A stretch of DNA of 63,449 nucleotides, the filler included, from Octopus bimaculoides (taxonomy: Eukaryota), in assembly GCF_001194135.2 (NCBI RefSeq). It is 5 parts of 5 records of this genome, joined end to end, with 100 filler letters (N's around TTAATTAATTAA, not from the genome) between each part and the next. Parts side by side here need not be neighbours in the genome. Positions count along the whole stretch, not along the records: positions 1 to 14,558 come from NC_068996.1; 4 more parts are not named here. One strand, given 5' to 3'. This document shows, piece by piece, positions 1-13,143 of this stretch. Within the stretch, counting starts at the first letter, position 1, and each line of letters starts with the position of its first letter. The notes beneath the pieces were generated by a model that was not told the origin of the DNA, made no database searches, and was given only the letters and a program-made list of their open reading frames with translations. A program made the translations under genes and the position numbers.

Positions 1-278
1 TTATATATTTATATATTTGATGCTTTATATTGAACACTCACTATTTCATCTACATTCAATACTTTCTTTCATGGTGCCATCCATTTTTATTTTATTTTAT
101 TTTATATTGTATATTGTATATCATATTATATATTGTATATTCCATATTCTATACCCCACATTAGTTCTGCAGGAATATAAATAAAACATAAAAAACAGAC
201 AGTGTTGGAACTCTTTTAAGCAAAATAATATATACATATATATATATATCAGTATGTACATATATGTACGTATATATG

Positions 279-315
<37 letters not shown>

Positions 316-458
316 GCATATATACATACACACGTTTGCAAAAGCATATATATACGCGTATGTGTAACCATACACATGTGTGCATATACATACACATATG
401 TGTATTCGTGTATGTATATATATATATATTTATAAACATACACATGTGTGTATTCGTG

Positions 459-501
<43 letters not shown>

Positions 502-755
502 ATTTATGTATGTATGTATGTATGTATTATACACACAAATCCATGTGTGTGTGTGTGTGTGTATACACGCACATGTTTCATGAAAGAGTAATGCCTAAAC
601 AGGTGACCACTATCACCACTATGCTCTTTTCTTCCCTTTCCGATTCTTTCGTCTTCGTTAAGGGTCAATGACTTTCTTAAACCCCTAATTCACGATGCCT
701 ATATTTAATTACTTATAATAAAATACCACAAACAGACCACGATATTACCTCTATC

Positions 756-793
<38 letters not shown>

Positions 794-1222
794 NNNNNNN
801 NNNNNNNNNNNNNNNNNNNNNNNNNNNNNNNNNNNNNNNNNNNNNNNNNNNNNNNNNNNNNNNNNNNNNNNNNNNNNNNNNNNNNNNNNNNNNNNNNNNN
901 NNNNNNNNNNNNNNNNNNNNNNNNNNNNNNNNNNNNNNNNNNNNNNNNNNNNNNNNNNNNNNNNNNNNNNNNNNNNNNNNNNNNNNNNNNNNNNNNNNNN
1001 NNNNNNNNNNNNNNNNNNNNNNNNNNNNNNNNNNNNNNNNNNNNNNNNNNNNNNNNNNNNNNNNNNNNNNNNNNNNNNNNNNNNNNNNNNNNNNNNNNNN
1101 NNNNNNNNNNNNNNNNNNNNNNNNNNNNNNNNNNNNNNNNNNNNNNNNNNNNNNNNNNNNNNNNNNNNNNNNNNNNNNNNNNNNNNNNNNNNNNNNNNNN
1201 NNNNNNNNNNNNNNAGACAGAC

Positions 1223-1290
<68 letters not shown>

Positions 1291-1294
1291 CCGT

Positions 1295-1332
<38 letters not shown>

Positions 1333-1875
1333 ACAAACACACATGGTCGTACATGTGTGTGCGCGTGTTACTACATGCGTATACATACACACACGCACTA
1401 ACACCATACACCATCACATCAACCCACCACCTTACTTTTTCTCTCTCTTAACCCCTTATAAATTCATTAACCAACTGGTCCCACCAACACACCACAACAC
1501 GATACAGCCGCTAACCCTTACCACCGGCATCTCTTTTTCCCTTTCTATTGGCTTTGTTAGGGGTCAGTTGTGTTCCTGACCCTAATTCTTGACCCCTATA
1601 ATTAAGGAAACATACCAAATTGTCGCTATACTCCTACGCTGTCCTACCACCCCACCTATATACACCTTCTTTTTGTCTTTCTCTTTTCTGTGTCCTGGGG
1701 TTCCTTAAAGGGTCAGTGATTGCTTCAACACTTAAAACTGTTGAGCCGCTATGTACCTATCTATATATATATGTGTGTGTGAGCGTGTGTGTGAGCGTGT
1801 GTGTGAGCGTGTGTGTGTATACGGTTATATGTGTCTATATAATATGTATGTACCTATATGCGTGTTATCTATCTT

Positions 1876-2563
1876 ATTTTTTAATCATTTCAGTCATTAG
1901 ACTGCGGCCCCAGCACTTTGTTTTTTTTAACCTCCGTACTTATTCTATCGGATAGTCTAGCCGAACCGCTAAGTTATGGGCACGTAAATACACCACCACG
2001 GTTGTCAAAAGATGGTGGAGGACAAACAGACACAGACGCACAAACATCACACATACACACATACACGTGTGTGTGTCTGTATGTGTGTAAGTTAGTGTAT
2101 CAACCAATGAGTGACAAGGAAACAAGAATTAGGTGATTAACTTCGTCAGCTTACAGCTCTCTATGCTATTAAAAGGAATACAATCAGTGCTCCAAGGCTC
2201 GGAGAAAGCTACATGATATTACCTGGACACTCATCACTGAGTGCAATACGTCTTACAGCAGAAGCAGTTGCAAGCCAATGAACGTAATTCCTGTTCCCTT
2301 GTCATTCAATAATTAGTATTACGTTCTATAGTTCCCTAACGCTTTATTCTAAAGTATATTGAATTCTAACGACTGCTTATTAGTATCGCTAGACCAAGGG
2401 AAATCTCAAGCTGTGTGGAATGAAGTTTGTTTCCCAGCCACATGGTACTAGGTTCGGTCCTCATACTGCATAGAACCTTGGACATGTGTTTTCCACTATT
2501 GACTTGGGCGGACCAAAGCCCTGTGATTACATTTGTAGAGAGAAACCGAAAGAAGCCCGTCGT
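1876..2563. mobile_element. SINE family A fragments: tail (1876-2040, minus) and head (2405-2563, plus)
   Basis: Match to family A modules. Further fragments: 10377-10492(+), 15541-15665(+), 15884-16020(+), 16940-17060(-), 17322-17470(-), 17805-17935(-), 50110-50340(+), 50380-50540(-). Confidence 0.75.
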
Positions 2564-2601
2564 GTGTGTGGGGGGGTGCGTGCGTGCGTGTGTGTGTGTG
2601 T

Positions 2602-2633
<32 letters not shown>

Positions 2634-3149
2634 NNNNNNNNNNNNNNNNNNNNNNNNNNNNNNNNNNNNNNNNNNNNNNNNNNNNNNNNNNNNNNNNNNN
2701 NNNNNNNNNNNNNNNNNNNNNNNNNNNNNNNNNNNNNNNNNNNNNNNNNNNNNNNNNNNNNNNNNNNNNNNNNNNNNNNNNNNNNNNNNNNNNNNNNNNN
2801 NNNNNNNNNNNNNNNNNNNNNNNNNNNNNNNNNNNNNNNNNNNNNNNNNNNNNNNNNNNNNNNNNNNNNNNNNNNNNNNNNNNNNNNNNNNNNNNNNNNN
2901 NNNNNNNNNNNNNNNNNNNNNNNNNNNNNNNNNNNNNNNNNNNNNNNNNNNNNNNNNNNNNNNNNNNNNNNNNNNNNNNNNNNNNNNNNNNNNNNNNNNN
3001 NNNNNNNNNNNNNNNNNNNNNNNNNNNNNNNNNNNNNNNNNNNNNNNNNNNNNNNNNATATATATATATATATAATATAATATAAATAATATATAAATAT
3101 ATGCATATATCTATACATATATGTACATACCTACATCTATATGTATACA

Positions 3150-4760
3150 TACATGCATATATGGGTACAAGACATCACAAAAAAACGTTAAACACAATGA
3201 GAAACGAAAACAGAAAACGAACTTTTTTTGAACAACGAAAAAAACAGAGAAACGAGACATGTTACACAAAGAATATTTCCCTTAATCAGTTGTCCCTGTC
3301 CATCTATTCCGCGTTTCGAAGGCAAGGACAATACGCGACTTCGTTGGAACAGTCCTTCCCGCAAAGCAAACCAAATAAAATTTGGAATTTCTTGCGGAGG
3401 GTGAAAGTGTTAACAAGAACAAGACAGTGATATTTGCGGGAAGGGCAATATAGATGTAGGTATGTACATATATGTATGGATATATGCATATATTTATATA
3501 TTATTTATATTATTATATGATCGAACGCCACGCATCCTTCTCCAAGAGAATATTTTGAATTTTCCATTTGCACAAATGTCTGGCTCAGTGATTCCCAACG
3601 TGGGACATACACCCCACCAGTGGGCCCTGGGGAAAATTGTGGTGGAGCATGGGATCTAAAATTTATTTTTTGCTTTTTTTTTAGTGGGATATGGAATTGT
3701 GAAAATCTTTTTTTTTTTGCAGCAAACACTACACCTATACTCTTTTTCCAACCACCGATGGGGCATACTTTTTTCTGGGAAGTTATAGTGGACCCTGAGG
3801 AAAAATAGGTTGGGAAACACCGGTCTTGCTGTTCACTACATGGAATATTTCTAAGAAATGAATCTTTGATTTGTTGTTTACGCACCGTAACACGATATAT
3901 TAATTTTGAGCCTGTCTGGTCTATATAATTCTCGCTGCATAATGGACATGTGATGTAGATAATGTTACTTATTTGTTTTGCAATTCATATTTGTACTAAC
4001 TTTCAATTCCTTCCCAGTCATTAATCTTTTGGTTTTTGCCTTATCCAATTATTTCATATGTCCCACAACGAAGGGTTCCGCAAAGTGTTACCCGCATTAT
4101 TTTTTCTTCTGATGTGAGTTTCACCTTTCTTAAAAGTCTTTTAAGATTTGGTGTTTGTCTTCGGTTGTTGAAAATTTGCAATTCTTATTTTTTTGAGATT
4201 TGATGACTTGTATCGAATTGGAAGGAACAATTTGGCGAACGTAAGACGTTATGACTTCCAAGATTATGGGTGACTGCAAAAGGAATATTTATGTTTTTTT
4301 TCTTTTCACCTTCATTGTGAGTGTTTCTCCGTATAATACAGATTGGGGTCTCTTACTTTGATTAAATTTTTTGGGTGGTTTTGTTTCTGAAGGAACATTT
4401 TAAGTTCCTTCTGATGTGAGAGAGGTGGAATGATCTAAAATTTAAATATTAGTGTGTGTCCGTGTTCTTGCAGTAGAGATAGGTCGTAATAGTTTCATTT
4501 TCTTTAAATACCAGAATGTCCAAAAAAAACCCCCAAAAAATCAAAGAATGTAAAAAAAAAACTGNNNNNNNNNNTTTTCTTTAAATACCAGAATGTCCAA
4601 AAAAAAACCCCAAAAAATCAAAGAATGTAAAAAAAAAACTGGATCTATTCATGAATGTCATTTGTATATATAAGGAATCTTGTAGGGTCTTCTTTTTTCT
4701 GTTCTAAAATAATGAAGCAGTCATACAGGAATCTTTTCCACGCCAAAGTTTATAGAAACA
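3150..4760 (-). mobile_element. Decayed Penelope-like retroelement (RT C-terminal half, GIY-YIG endonuclease, degenerate HHR)
   Basis: Minus-strand pieces read WKRFLYDCFII (decayed RT xxDD motif, ~4700), FLDILVFKENETITTYLYCKNTDTH*YLNFRSFHLSH (RT thumb), RRQTPNLKRLL and CGTLRCGT (linker), then IIYITCPLCSENYIDQTGSKL..VTVRKQQIKD..RNIPCSE (GIY-YIG). There are stops and frameshifts. An HHR-like remnant lies at ~3302-3352. Confidence 0.85.
3586..3822. mobile_element. hAT-type MITE (237 bp) nested in the PLE endonuclease
   Basis: Ends are CAGTGATTCCCAAC and GTTGGGAAACACCG. The 8-bp TSD is gtctggct (3578-3585) / gtcttgct (3823-3830). Removing the insert and one TSD restores the frame CSEQQDICANGKFKIF. 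Confidence 0.85.
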
Positions 4761-4769
4761 TATATATAG

Positions 4770-4980
4770 AAATTTCAAGCTTGGAGATGCAACGCAATGA
4801 GATGCAGAACTCTAATAGAAAAGACTGAGGTATGTTGTTCAGTAACTTCGAGGTAAAACATCTGCACCAACTTTCTGCTATCGGCATTTTCAAACAGTGT
4901 CGTTGGACCAACTCAAGTCTTCACCACTGAAAACAAATATTCTGTAGGCAAATAGTTATACGATTGGGTATTAGGCCCTC
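4770..4980 (-). mobile_element. Possible CR1/L2-type LINE ORF2 3' fragment
   Basis: Minus frame EGLIPNRIT...NNIPQSFSIRV resembles the other two LINE 3' fragments in this window; highly decayed. Confidence 0.35.
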
Positions 4981-5075
4981 ATATACATGTATACATGTCT
5001 GCATGCATGTATGTATGAACATATGTATATATGTTTGTTTGTATGTTTGTATATGTACGTAGATGTATAAATATA

Positions 5076-5106
<31 letters not shown>

Positions 5107-6014
5107 NNNNNNNNNNNNNNNNNNNNNNNNNNNNNNNNNNNNNNNNNNNNNNNNNNNNNNNNNNNNNNNNNNNNNNNNNNNNNNNNNNNNNNNNNNNNNN
5201 NNNNNNNNNNNNNNNNNNNNNNNNNNNNNNNNNNNNNNNNNNNNNNNNNNNNNNNNNNNNNNNNNNNNNNNNNNNNNNNNNNNNNNNNNNNNNNNNNNNN
5301 NNNNNNNNNNNNNNNNNNNNNNNNNNNNNNNNNNNNNNNNNNNNNNNNNNNNNNNNNNNNNNNNNNNNNNNNNNNNNNNNNNNNNNNNNNNNNNNNNNNN
5401 NNNNNNNNNNNNNNNNNNNNNNNNNNNNNNNNNNNNNNNNNNNNNNNNNNNNNNNNNNNNNNNNNNNNNNNNNNNNNNNNNNNNNNNNNNNNNNNNNNNN
5501 NNNNNNNNNNNNNNNNNNNNNNNNNNNNNNNNNNNNNNNNNNNNNNNNNNNNNNNNNNNNNNNNNNNNNNNNNNNNNNNNNNNNNNNNNNNNNNNNNNNN
5601 NNNNNNNNNNNNNNNNNNNNNNNNNNNNNNNNNNNNNNNNNNNNNNNNNNNNNNNNNNNNNNNNNNNNNNNNNNNNNNNNNNNNNNNNNNNNNNNNNNNN
5701 NNNNNNNNNNNNNNNNNNNNNNNNNNNNNNNNNNNNNNNNNNNNNNNNNNNNNNNNNNNNNNNNNNNNNNNNNNNNNNNNNNNNNNNNNNNNNNNNNNNN
5801 NNNNNNNNNNNNNNNNNNNNNNNNNNNNNNNNNNNNNNNNNNNNNNNNNNNNNNNNNNNNNNNNNNNNNNNNNNNNNNNNNNNNNNNNNNNNNNNNNNNN
5901 NNNNNNNNNNNNNNNNNNNNNNNNNNNNNNNNNNNNNNNNNNNNNNNNNNNNNNNNNNNNNNNNNNTGTACTCGTATATATAAAAATATAGTATATAAGT
6001 ATTCAATACGCGCG

Positions 6015-6047
<33 letters not shown>

Positions 6048-6343
6048 TCATACACTCACACACTCACACACGCACACGCACACGCACACGCACACACATA
6101 CACACGCACACACACTCATACACTTACACACTCACACACACACACACACACGCACACGCACACGCACATGCACACACACACTTGACACTGAATGATGTCA
6201 CATTGTTATTCATACCACCTCTTATCTCATTTGGCATTGCACGTCAGTACATAAATACCACCATATATATACACATGTACAACCATACACGTACACACAC
6301 ACGTACATATATATATATGCATACACTCACACATGCGTGTGTA

Positions 6344-6382
<39 letters not shown>

Positions 6383-6392
6383 NNNNNNNNNN

Positions 6393-6427
<35 letters not shown>

Positions 6428-6690
6428 ATATACATATATATAGAGAGAGAAAGAGACAGAGAGCTACATGTATACGCATGTATACATTATATATATATAT
6501 TCAAATACGCATATATTACATATATACATACACACACACATACACATATATATACATATAAACACTTCCTATTCATATATACACGACTGTTATCTTACTT
6601 TACACACCATGTCAACGGATACTTCATACATACATAGAATCACGTATACACATACACACATACGTATACATACATAAATACATACGTACA

Positions 6691-6722
<32 letters not shown>

Positions 6723-7102
6723 GTACGCGTCTGTTTTCTTAACTTATATATATATACATGTCAAAGTCGACATCTGTTCACATCTTTTTCACATCTTCTT
6801 TGTATTTTTACTAATTTTTGTGTTAAGTTTATTGTATTTCTGTTTTACTGATAACAGATGACAGTGTTGGTGTGTGTAGATGTATATGTGCGTCTGAATG
6901 TATGTATATACATATGTATGTGTGTGTAAGTGTATATACACGTGTGTGTGTGTGTGTCTAAATATGTGTGTGTAAATATGCGCGTGTGTATACGTGTGTG
7001 TGTAGACATATATATAAAATAATAAGAATAATACAACCGAAGTGAAGAACGAGTTTATAGTGCGTGTGGTTATTTGACAAAAAAAATGACCATCCCGAAA
7101 TA

Positions 7103-7135
<33 letters not shown>

Positions 7136-8243
7136 NNNNNNNNNNNNNNNNNNNNNNNNNNNNNNNNNNNNNNNNNNNNNNNNNNNNNNNNNNNNNNNNN
7201 NNNNNNNNNNNNNNNNNNNNNNNNNNNNNNNNNNNNNNNNNNNNNNNNNNNNNNNNNNNNNNNNNNNNNNNNNNNNNNNNNNNNNNNNNNNNNNNNNNNN
7301 NNNNNNNNNNNNNNNNNNNNNNNNNNNNNNNNNNNNNNNNNNNNNNNNNNNNNNNNNNNNNNNNNNNNNNNNNNNNNNNNNNNNNNNNNNNNNNNNNNNN
7401 NNNNNNNNNNNNNNNNNNNNNNNNNNNNNNNNNNNNNNNNNNNNNNNNNNNNNNNNNNNNNNNNNNNNNNNNNNNNNNNNNNNNNNNNNNNNNNNNNNNN
7501 NNNNNNNNNNNNNNNNNNNNNNNNNNNNNNNNNNNNNNNNNNNNNNNNNNNNNNNNNNNNNNNNNNNNNNNNNNNNNNNNNNNNNNNNNNNNNNNNNNNN
7601 NNNNNNNNNNNNNNNNNNNNNNNNNNNNNNNNNNNNNNNNNNNNNNNNNNNNNNNNNNNNNNNNNNNNNNNNNNNNNNNNNNNNNNNNNNNNNNNNNNNN
7701 NNNNNNNNNNNNNNNNNNNNNNNNNNNNNNNNNNNNNNNNNNNNNNNNNNNNNNNNNNNNNNNNNNNNNNNNNNNNNNNNNNNNNNNNNNNNNNNNNNNN
7801 NNNNNNNNNNNNNNNNNNATATATATATACATATATATATATTTATTTTACGCGCACAGACACACACACATGCACACACATGTTTGTATGTATGTACGTA
7901 TGTGTGATGTGTGTGTGCGTCCGTGTATGTGTGTATGTATGCGTGCATGTATGTATGTATGTATATATGTATGCATGTATGTAGGTTTGTATGTATGTTT
8001 GTATTTATGTATGTATGTATGTATGTATGTATTTTCATACAGGGTCACATCCAACTATCCATATATACATGCATCCTCACTTACACATATCTACACAAAC
8101 ATAAATATATACACATTCGCACTTTATACATCCAGGTGCTTGCTTGAGGTTAAACATCAAAGCCTTAAACATCCTATTCAAGATCCCCATAAAACATTCC
8201 CCTAATTTGCTACAGATCCTAAGAGATGTTACTGTAACACCTA

Positions 8244-8930
8244 CAGGGGTCATAAAACGCCCATTTGGGACCGTATGTCCGTGATCGTTCAGCGTGCTAG
8301 AAATAAAAGCTAAGTGCCCTCAAATTTTAATTGATTTTCATATAAAAATGAAGGACACCTTAAGAAGCATTCGTAACAACAATGTTGTTCATATGTAGTC
8401 ACATGCTTGCTAGAAATAACTGCAAAGGTTCCGTTAAATTTGTATTACTTTTCATATAAAGTTGAAGGCCATTTTAAGAAACACGTCAAAGAACTTTTCC
8501 CATATATGGTCATCATCCATGCTAGAAATAACAGCCAAGTAGCCTCAAACTTGGATTGTTTCTATATACAATTGAAGGACACATTACGAAAAATTTACAA
8601 AAGATTGTTTTCTATGTGTGATCACATGCTATCCCAGAATTAACACCCAAGAGCCCAAATATTTTGCTGTTTTTCATATAAAAATTAAAAATTATAGACA
8701 CAAAAAATATTGTCTTGTAGGTAGTTTCATATCATGCTAGATAGAAATAACAGCCAAATACTCTCAAATTTGCATTGCATTTAATATAAAAGTGAAGGAC
8801 GCTATAATGATTTATCCCCATACACGGACTTTCCGAGAAATAACAGCCAAATTTCTCTCATAGCTACCTTTACTGGCTTATGGAAATTTGATTATTTAAT
8901 AATGAAAATTTAATTATTTTATGAACCTCA
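8244..8930. repeat. Degenerate tandem array, about 6 copies of a ~100-113-bp unit, possibly a MITE with internal repeats
   Basis: The anchor GCTAGAAATAACAGCCAAAT, or variants of it, recurs at ~8296, 8409, 8521, 8628, 8736 and 8833. Weak terminal IR ggggtcataaaa (8246-8257) / ttttatgaacct (8917-8928). Confidence 0.7.
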
Positions 8931-9789
8931 AAGAGGGGTTTGTGGTTGTCCTGGATAGCAGCTAAGTTTATTATGTATTCTCTAAAGAACAAAGACGCAA
9001 GCCACAACCTATGTATTAGTATGAAAGGGTTTGTAAAATGAAGGATTTTTAGGGGCCTTCACTGGAGGGTCCGATTAACCTAGGGCTAAAGAAAGAAGGC
9101 AAGGAAAAAGAGGAAAGACCCAGAGAAAGAAATGACCCCTAGAACACTCATTTGAAATAACCCCTATCAAATTTCATTAACATGCTATTAGCTTCCGCTT
9201 TGTAAATAAGAAATACCCTAAGTGACCCCTAGGGACCTTTAAGCTCCCTAAAAGCGTAATATGAAAAGAAATGAGATCCCTAATATATAGAGGACAAGAA
9301 TTTGGTAAAAAGACCCCTTAAGGGGGCGAGAAGCAGAGGAAATGGGATACAAGAATGTACATATAGTGTATGTGGGTGTGTATGAGTGTGTTCGTGTGTG
9401 TGCGTGTGTGCATGTGTGTGTGTGTGCGAGTGTGTGTCTGTGCGCGTATGCGTGTATGTGTACGTATGTGTGCGTATGTGTGTGTATGTGTGTGCGCGTG
9501 CGCGCACGTGTGCATAGCGGAAAGTTTGAAATTACTGTCAATATTTTGTTTGTAAAAATTATATATATAGACGCAATAAATGAAATATATATATATAAAT
9601 ATATATATAGATAAATGTATATATACATACATACATACATATATATATATGTATATGTATATATATANNNNNNNNNNGTGTGTGCGTATGTGTGTGTATT
9701 CGTTTTTTTATTAATAGATGGCAGAAGTTACCGAGTAGCTCAAAGGCCGACGAAAATCTTGGCCCTTGAGTCACTCTGAAACTTTCACA

Positions 9790-10222
9790 AATTATTCACA
9801 CAAAAAACGTATAGATACTCATGTTTTGAGGAGTTCTGTATTTCTGCTTGCCTCACCAAGTCAATATATACTCTTTCCAACGTCGCCAGGAGCGCTACAT
9901 CATTTGTGTTATGTGGGAAATATTCCATCAATATTGCATAAATGATATTGGCATCAATTTTAAAATCCATCCGAGACTTGGCACCCGTGCTATCCGTCCA
10001 CTACAAAAATCGAACACGGTACACATAACAACATTATGTCACAATTCCTTTACCTCAACCGGTCCAGCTCTCTTTAATACCATACCAAAATACGAAACGG
10101 ATCCCATAAAATTCAAATGTTCACTGGACAAATTTCTTCAAAAAATCCTGGACCAACCTCCTACACTCGGATATGTCTCCAACAATAATAACTCTTTGCT
10201 AGAGTGGGCCATGACTAAATAA
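9790..10222 (+). mobile_element. CR1/L2-type LINE ORF2 3' end
   Basis: IYSFQRRQERYII..WEI..HPRLG..NSFTSTGPALFNTIP..FKCSLDKFL..DQPPTLGY..NSLLEW matches the C-terminal pattern of CR1-group RTs; it is followed by a (TA)/(TATG) tail. Confidence 0.75.
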
Positions 10223-11737
10223 CTTTATATGTATGTATATATGTATATACGTATATATGTATATACGTATATATGTATATGTATATGTATATGTATATAT
10301 GTATGTAAGTATGTATGTATGTATGTATTATGTATGTATGTATGTATGTATGTATGTATGTATGTATGTATGTATAGGCGCAGACGTGGCTGTGTGGTAA
10401 GAAGCTTGTTTCCCAAACACATGATTACGAGCTCAGTCCCACTGCGTGGCACCTTGAGCAAGTGTCTTATAATATAGCCTCGGACCGACCAACAAAAGAA
10501 TAAAAGAATATGTATATNNNNNNNNNNNNNNNNNNNNNNNNNNNNNNNNNNNNNNNNNNNNNNNNNNNNNNNNNNNNNNNNNNNNNNNNNNNNNNNNNNN
10601 NNNNNNNNNNNNNNNNNNNNNNNNNNNNNNNNNNNNNNNNNNNNNNNNNNNNNNNNNNNNNNNNNNNNNNNNNNNNNNNNNNNNNNNNNNNNNNNNNNNN
10701 NNNNNNNNNNNNNNNNNNNNNNNNNNNNNNNNNNNNNNNNNNNNNNNNNNNNNNNNNNNNNNNNNNNNNNNNNNNNNNNNNNNNNNNNNNNNNNNNNNNN
10801 NNNNNNNNNNNNNNNNNNNNNNNNNNNNNNNNNNNNNNNNNNNNNNNNNNNNNNNNNNNNNNNNNNNGTTCTCATAATTGTTTCGCTAATGCAATAACAA
10901 CAATAGAAAGTATATAGCCCTTAAAACGGTTTTTGTGCATTTATTGAGAATACCGAACTGTCTTACACAGGATCTTGTTTTTAAGAATTCCCAGTAAGTT
11001 ATGAATACCCAAAATGTGAAGTCATTTACGTATAAACATGAAATTAGTTACCCGATTGTAAGAATTCAAATAAAGTAGCCTCGAAAAGGGCTTTAATGCG
11101 TTCCCAAAGTATATAGAATTTATGAGGAAATATCAATAAGGTATGTATACCAAAATCGTGAAGCATGTTACGTAACAACAGGCTAATCAGATATGAGATA
11201 TTAACAATTCAAAGTAAATAACTCTGAAAAATGCTTTTGTGCGTTCGCAAAGAATATTACCCTCAGCGGCGCTAGTGTTGGTATATTCGTGGATAAGTCA
11301 CTAAGCGAAGTAAGTGGATATATTGCTTAGGAAAATACTACTTACTTGTTTAAACGCTATACTAGATAAATTGCGAAAATAACTCAAATAGTTCAAATAA
11401 TAAGAAATAAGCATACTCAATTTGATTTATACGAAATAATCTGCCAACATGAATGGATTATTTCCCATCACTATATCTAACGATCTCTTTCAAGAGGGAA
11501 TGGGTTATTTCCCATAGATGTTTAAAAATAATATATTAGTTATATGTAGTAGATATAATAATCCCTTCCAGGGATTATTATATCTATTGTGTGTGTGTGT
11601 ATGTATGTATGTATACATATATATATATATATATATANNNNNNNNNNNNNNNNNNNNNNNNNNNNNNNNNNNNNNNNNNNNNNNNNNNNNNNNNNNNNNN
11701 NNNNNNNNNNNNNNNNNNNNNNNNNNNNNNNNNNNNN

Positions 11738-11770
<33 letters not shown>

Positions 11771-12238
11771 CGATATGTATATTGATATATATACAAATAT
11801 GTACATATATACATATATATATAATTATATACATATATATACGTATACATATATATATATCTGAGTGTTAGTGTGTGTGTGTGTGTGTGTAATTATTTTA
11901 AGCATCTAATTGAATCGAGGTATTTTAATAATAAGGGCACCAAGTCAGGGTCAAGAATAGCAAATCCGTGTACCAAGAGTATGTTGGTACACGGATGTAT
12001 TAACGTATATACGGATTTGTCCTACCACTTACATTTACAAGCACATGAACTGATCAGTATATTCATCAATGTAACTATACATGTATATATAAAATCACAT
12101 ACGGACGTTTTTCGGTGTGTAGTTTCACGGTCCACTTTAAATTCTAGATTCAACGTAGGGAAGGTTCCAGGTATATATAAACATGAATGTGTGTGTGTGC
12201 GCGCGCACGCACACACACATATATATAAATGTATGTGC

Positions 12239-12341
<103 letters not shown>

Positions 12342-12342
12342 G

Positions 12343-13143
12343 AGGGTGTGTTGTGTAAATTGTCGCTATTTTATATTTTTCGTTTTGCGCATGCGCATTG
12401 TTTGTTTTTATTTTGTCGACTACACAGTATAGTAGGGTCAATTGGGCACCGTCTGCGAGAAAACCAGCTCCATGACGCAATTCACTCTGCCAGAAATTTA
12501 GAAACGACATGCTGTACTGCTTGGCATTCGTACCGGAAGCTCCAATACGTACATTTCAGAGTTTTTGGCTGTCAGCCTGAGGATATGTACCGAGAGTGAT
12601 AAAAATCAAACATCCAGTCAACATCATGGTGTTTCAAGTAATCACTAGTGATAGGGACGTTATGCCTTTATGCATCTTCCCACACAGCCTTAGACTCAAC
12701 ACGGAGGCCTACATCAAGTACCTGGAGGAGCTAGTGCTACCCTAGTTCAAGGGGGGGTGCTGAAAGAACCTGTCTGGCAACAGGACTCTGTACCATGTCA
12801 CACAAGCAGGAGAACTCAGCTATGGCTGTCAGACAACATCTGGCCACCTAACTCCCCAGACCGCAACCCCCTTGATTATTATGTGTGGGGTGCAGTTGAG
12901 AGAGGGACAAACAAAACTCCTTGTAACACCAAAGATGAACTGAAGGCAAGGATTATGGCAGCATTGACCAACTTAAATAAGGAGACCGTCCAGAAGACTT
13001 GCATGAGATCCCGAAGTCGTTTGGAGGCCGTGGTTGAAGCCAATGGTGATTTTATTGAATAAATTCACTCTTTCATATTTCAAGATACTTTTATGTAATT
13101 TTGGTAAATATATCTGTTCAAATGAAATGCCAGTGTTATTTTC
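12343..13143 (+). mobile_element. Tc1/mariner transposon remnant (DD37D/maT-like), internally deleted
   Basis: KHPVNIMVF..DVMP..LRLNTEAYIKYLEELVLP, then VWQQDSVPCHTS..WPPNSPDRNPLDYYVWGAVE..RLEAVVEANGDFIE*. The 3' end runs into a gap. Confidence 0.9.

Noticed and set aside
4500-4640. ~65-bp direct duplication inside the PLE
   Set aside because: Flanks a 10-N gap; same overlap artefact.
8244-8930. Regularly spaced repeat as a CRISPR array
   Set aside because: Eukaryotic context, the inter-anchor sequences are homologous to each other rather than unique spacers, and there are no cas genes.
11964-11996. Perfect 13-bp hairpin (atccgtgtaccaa / ttggtacacggat)
   Set aside because: Too short for a pre-miRNA and has no associated element ends; noted only.
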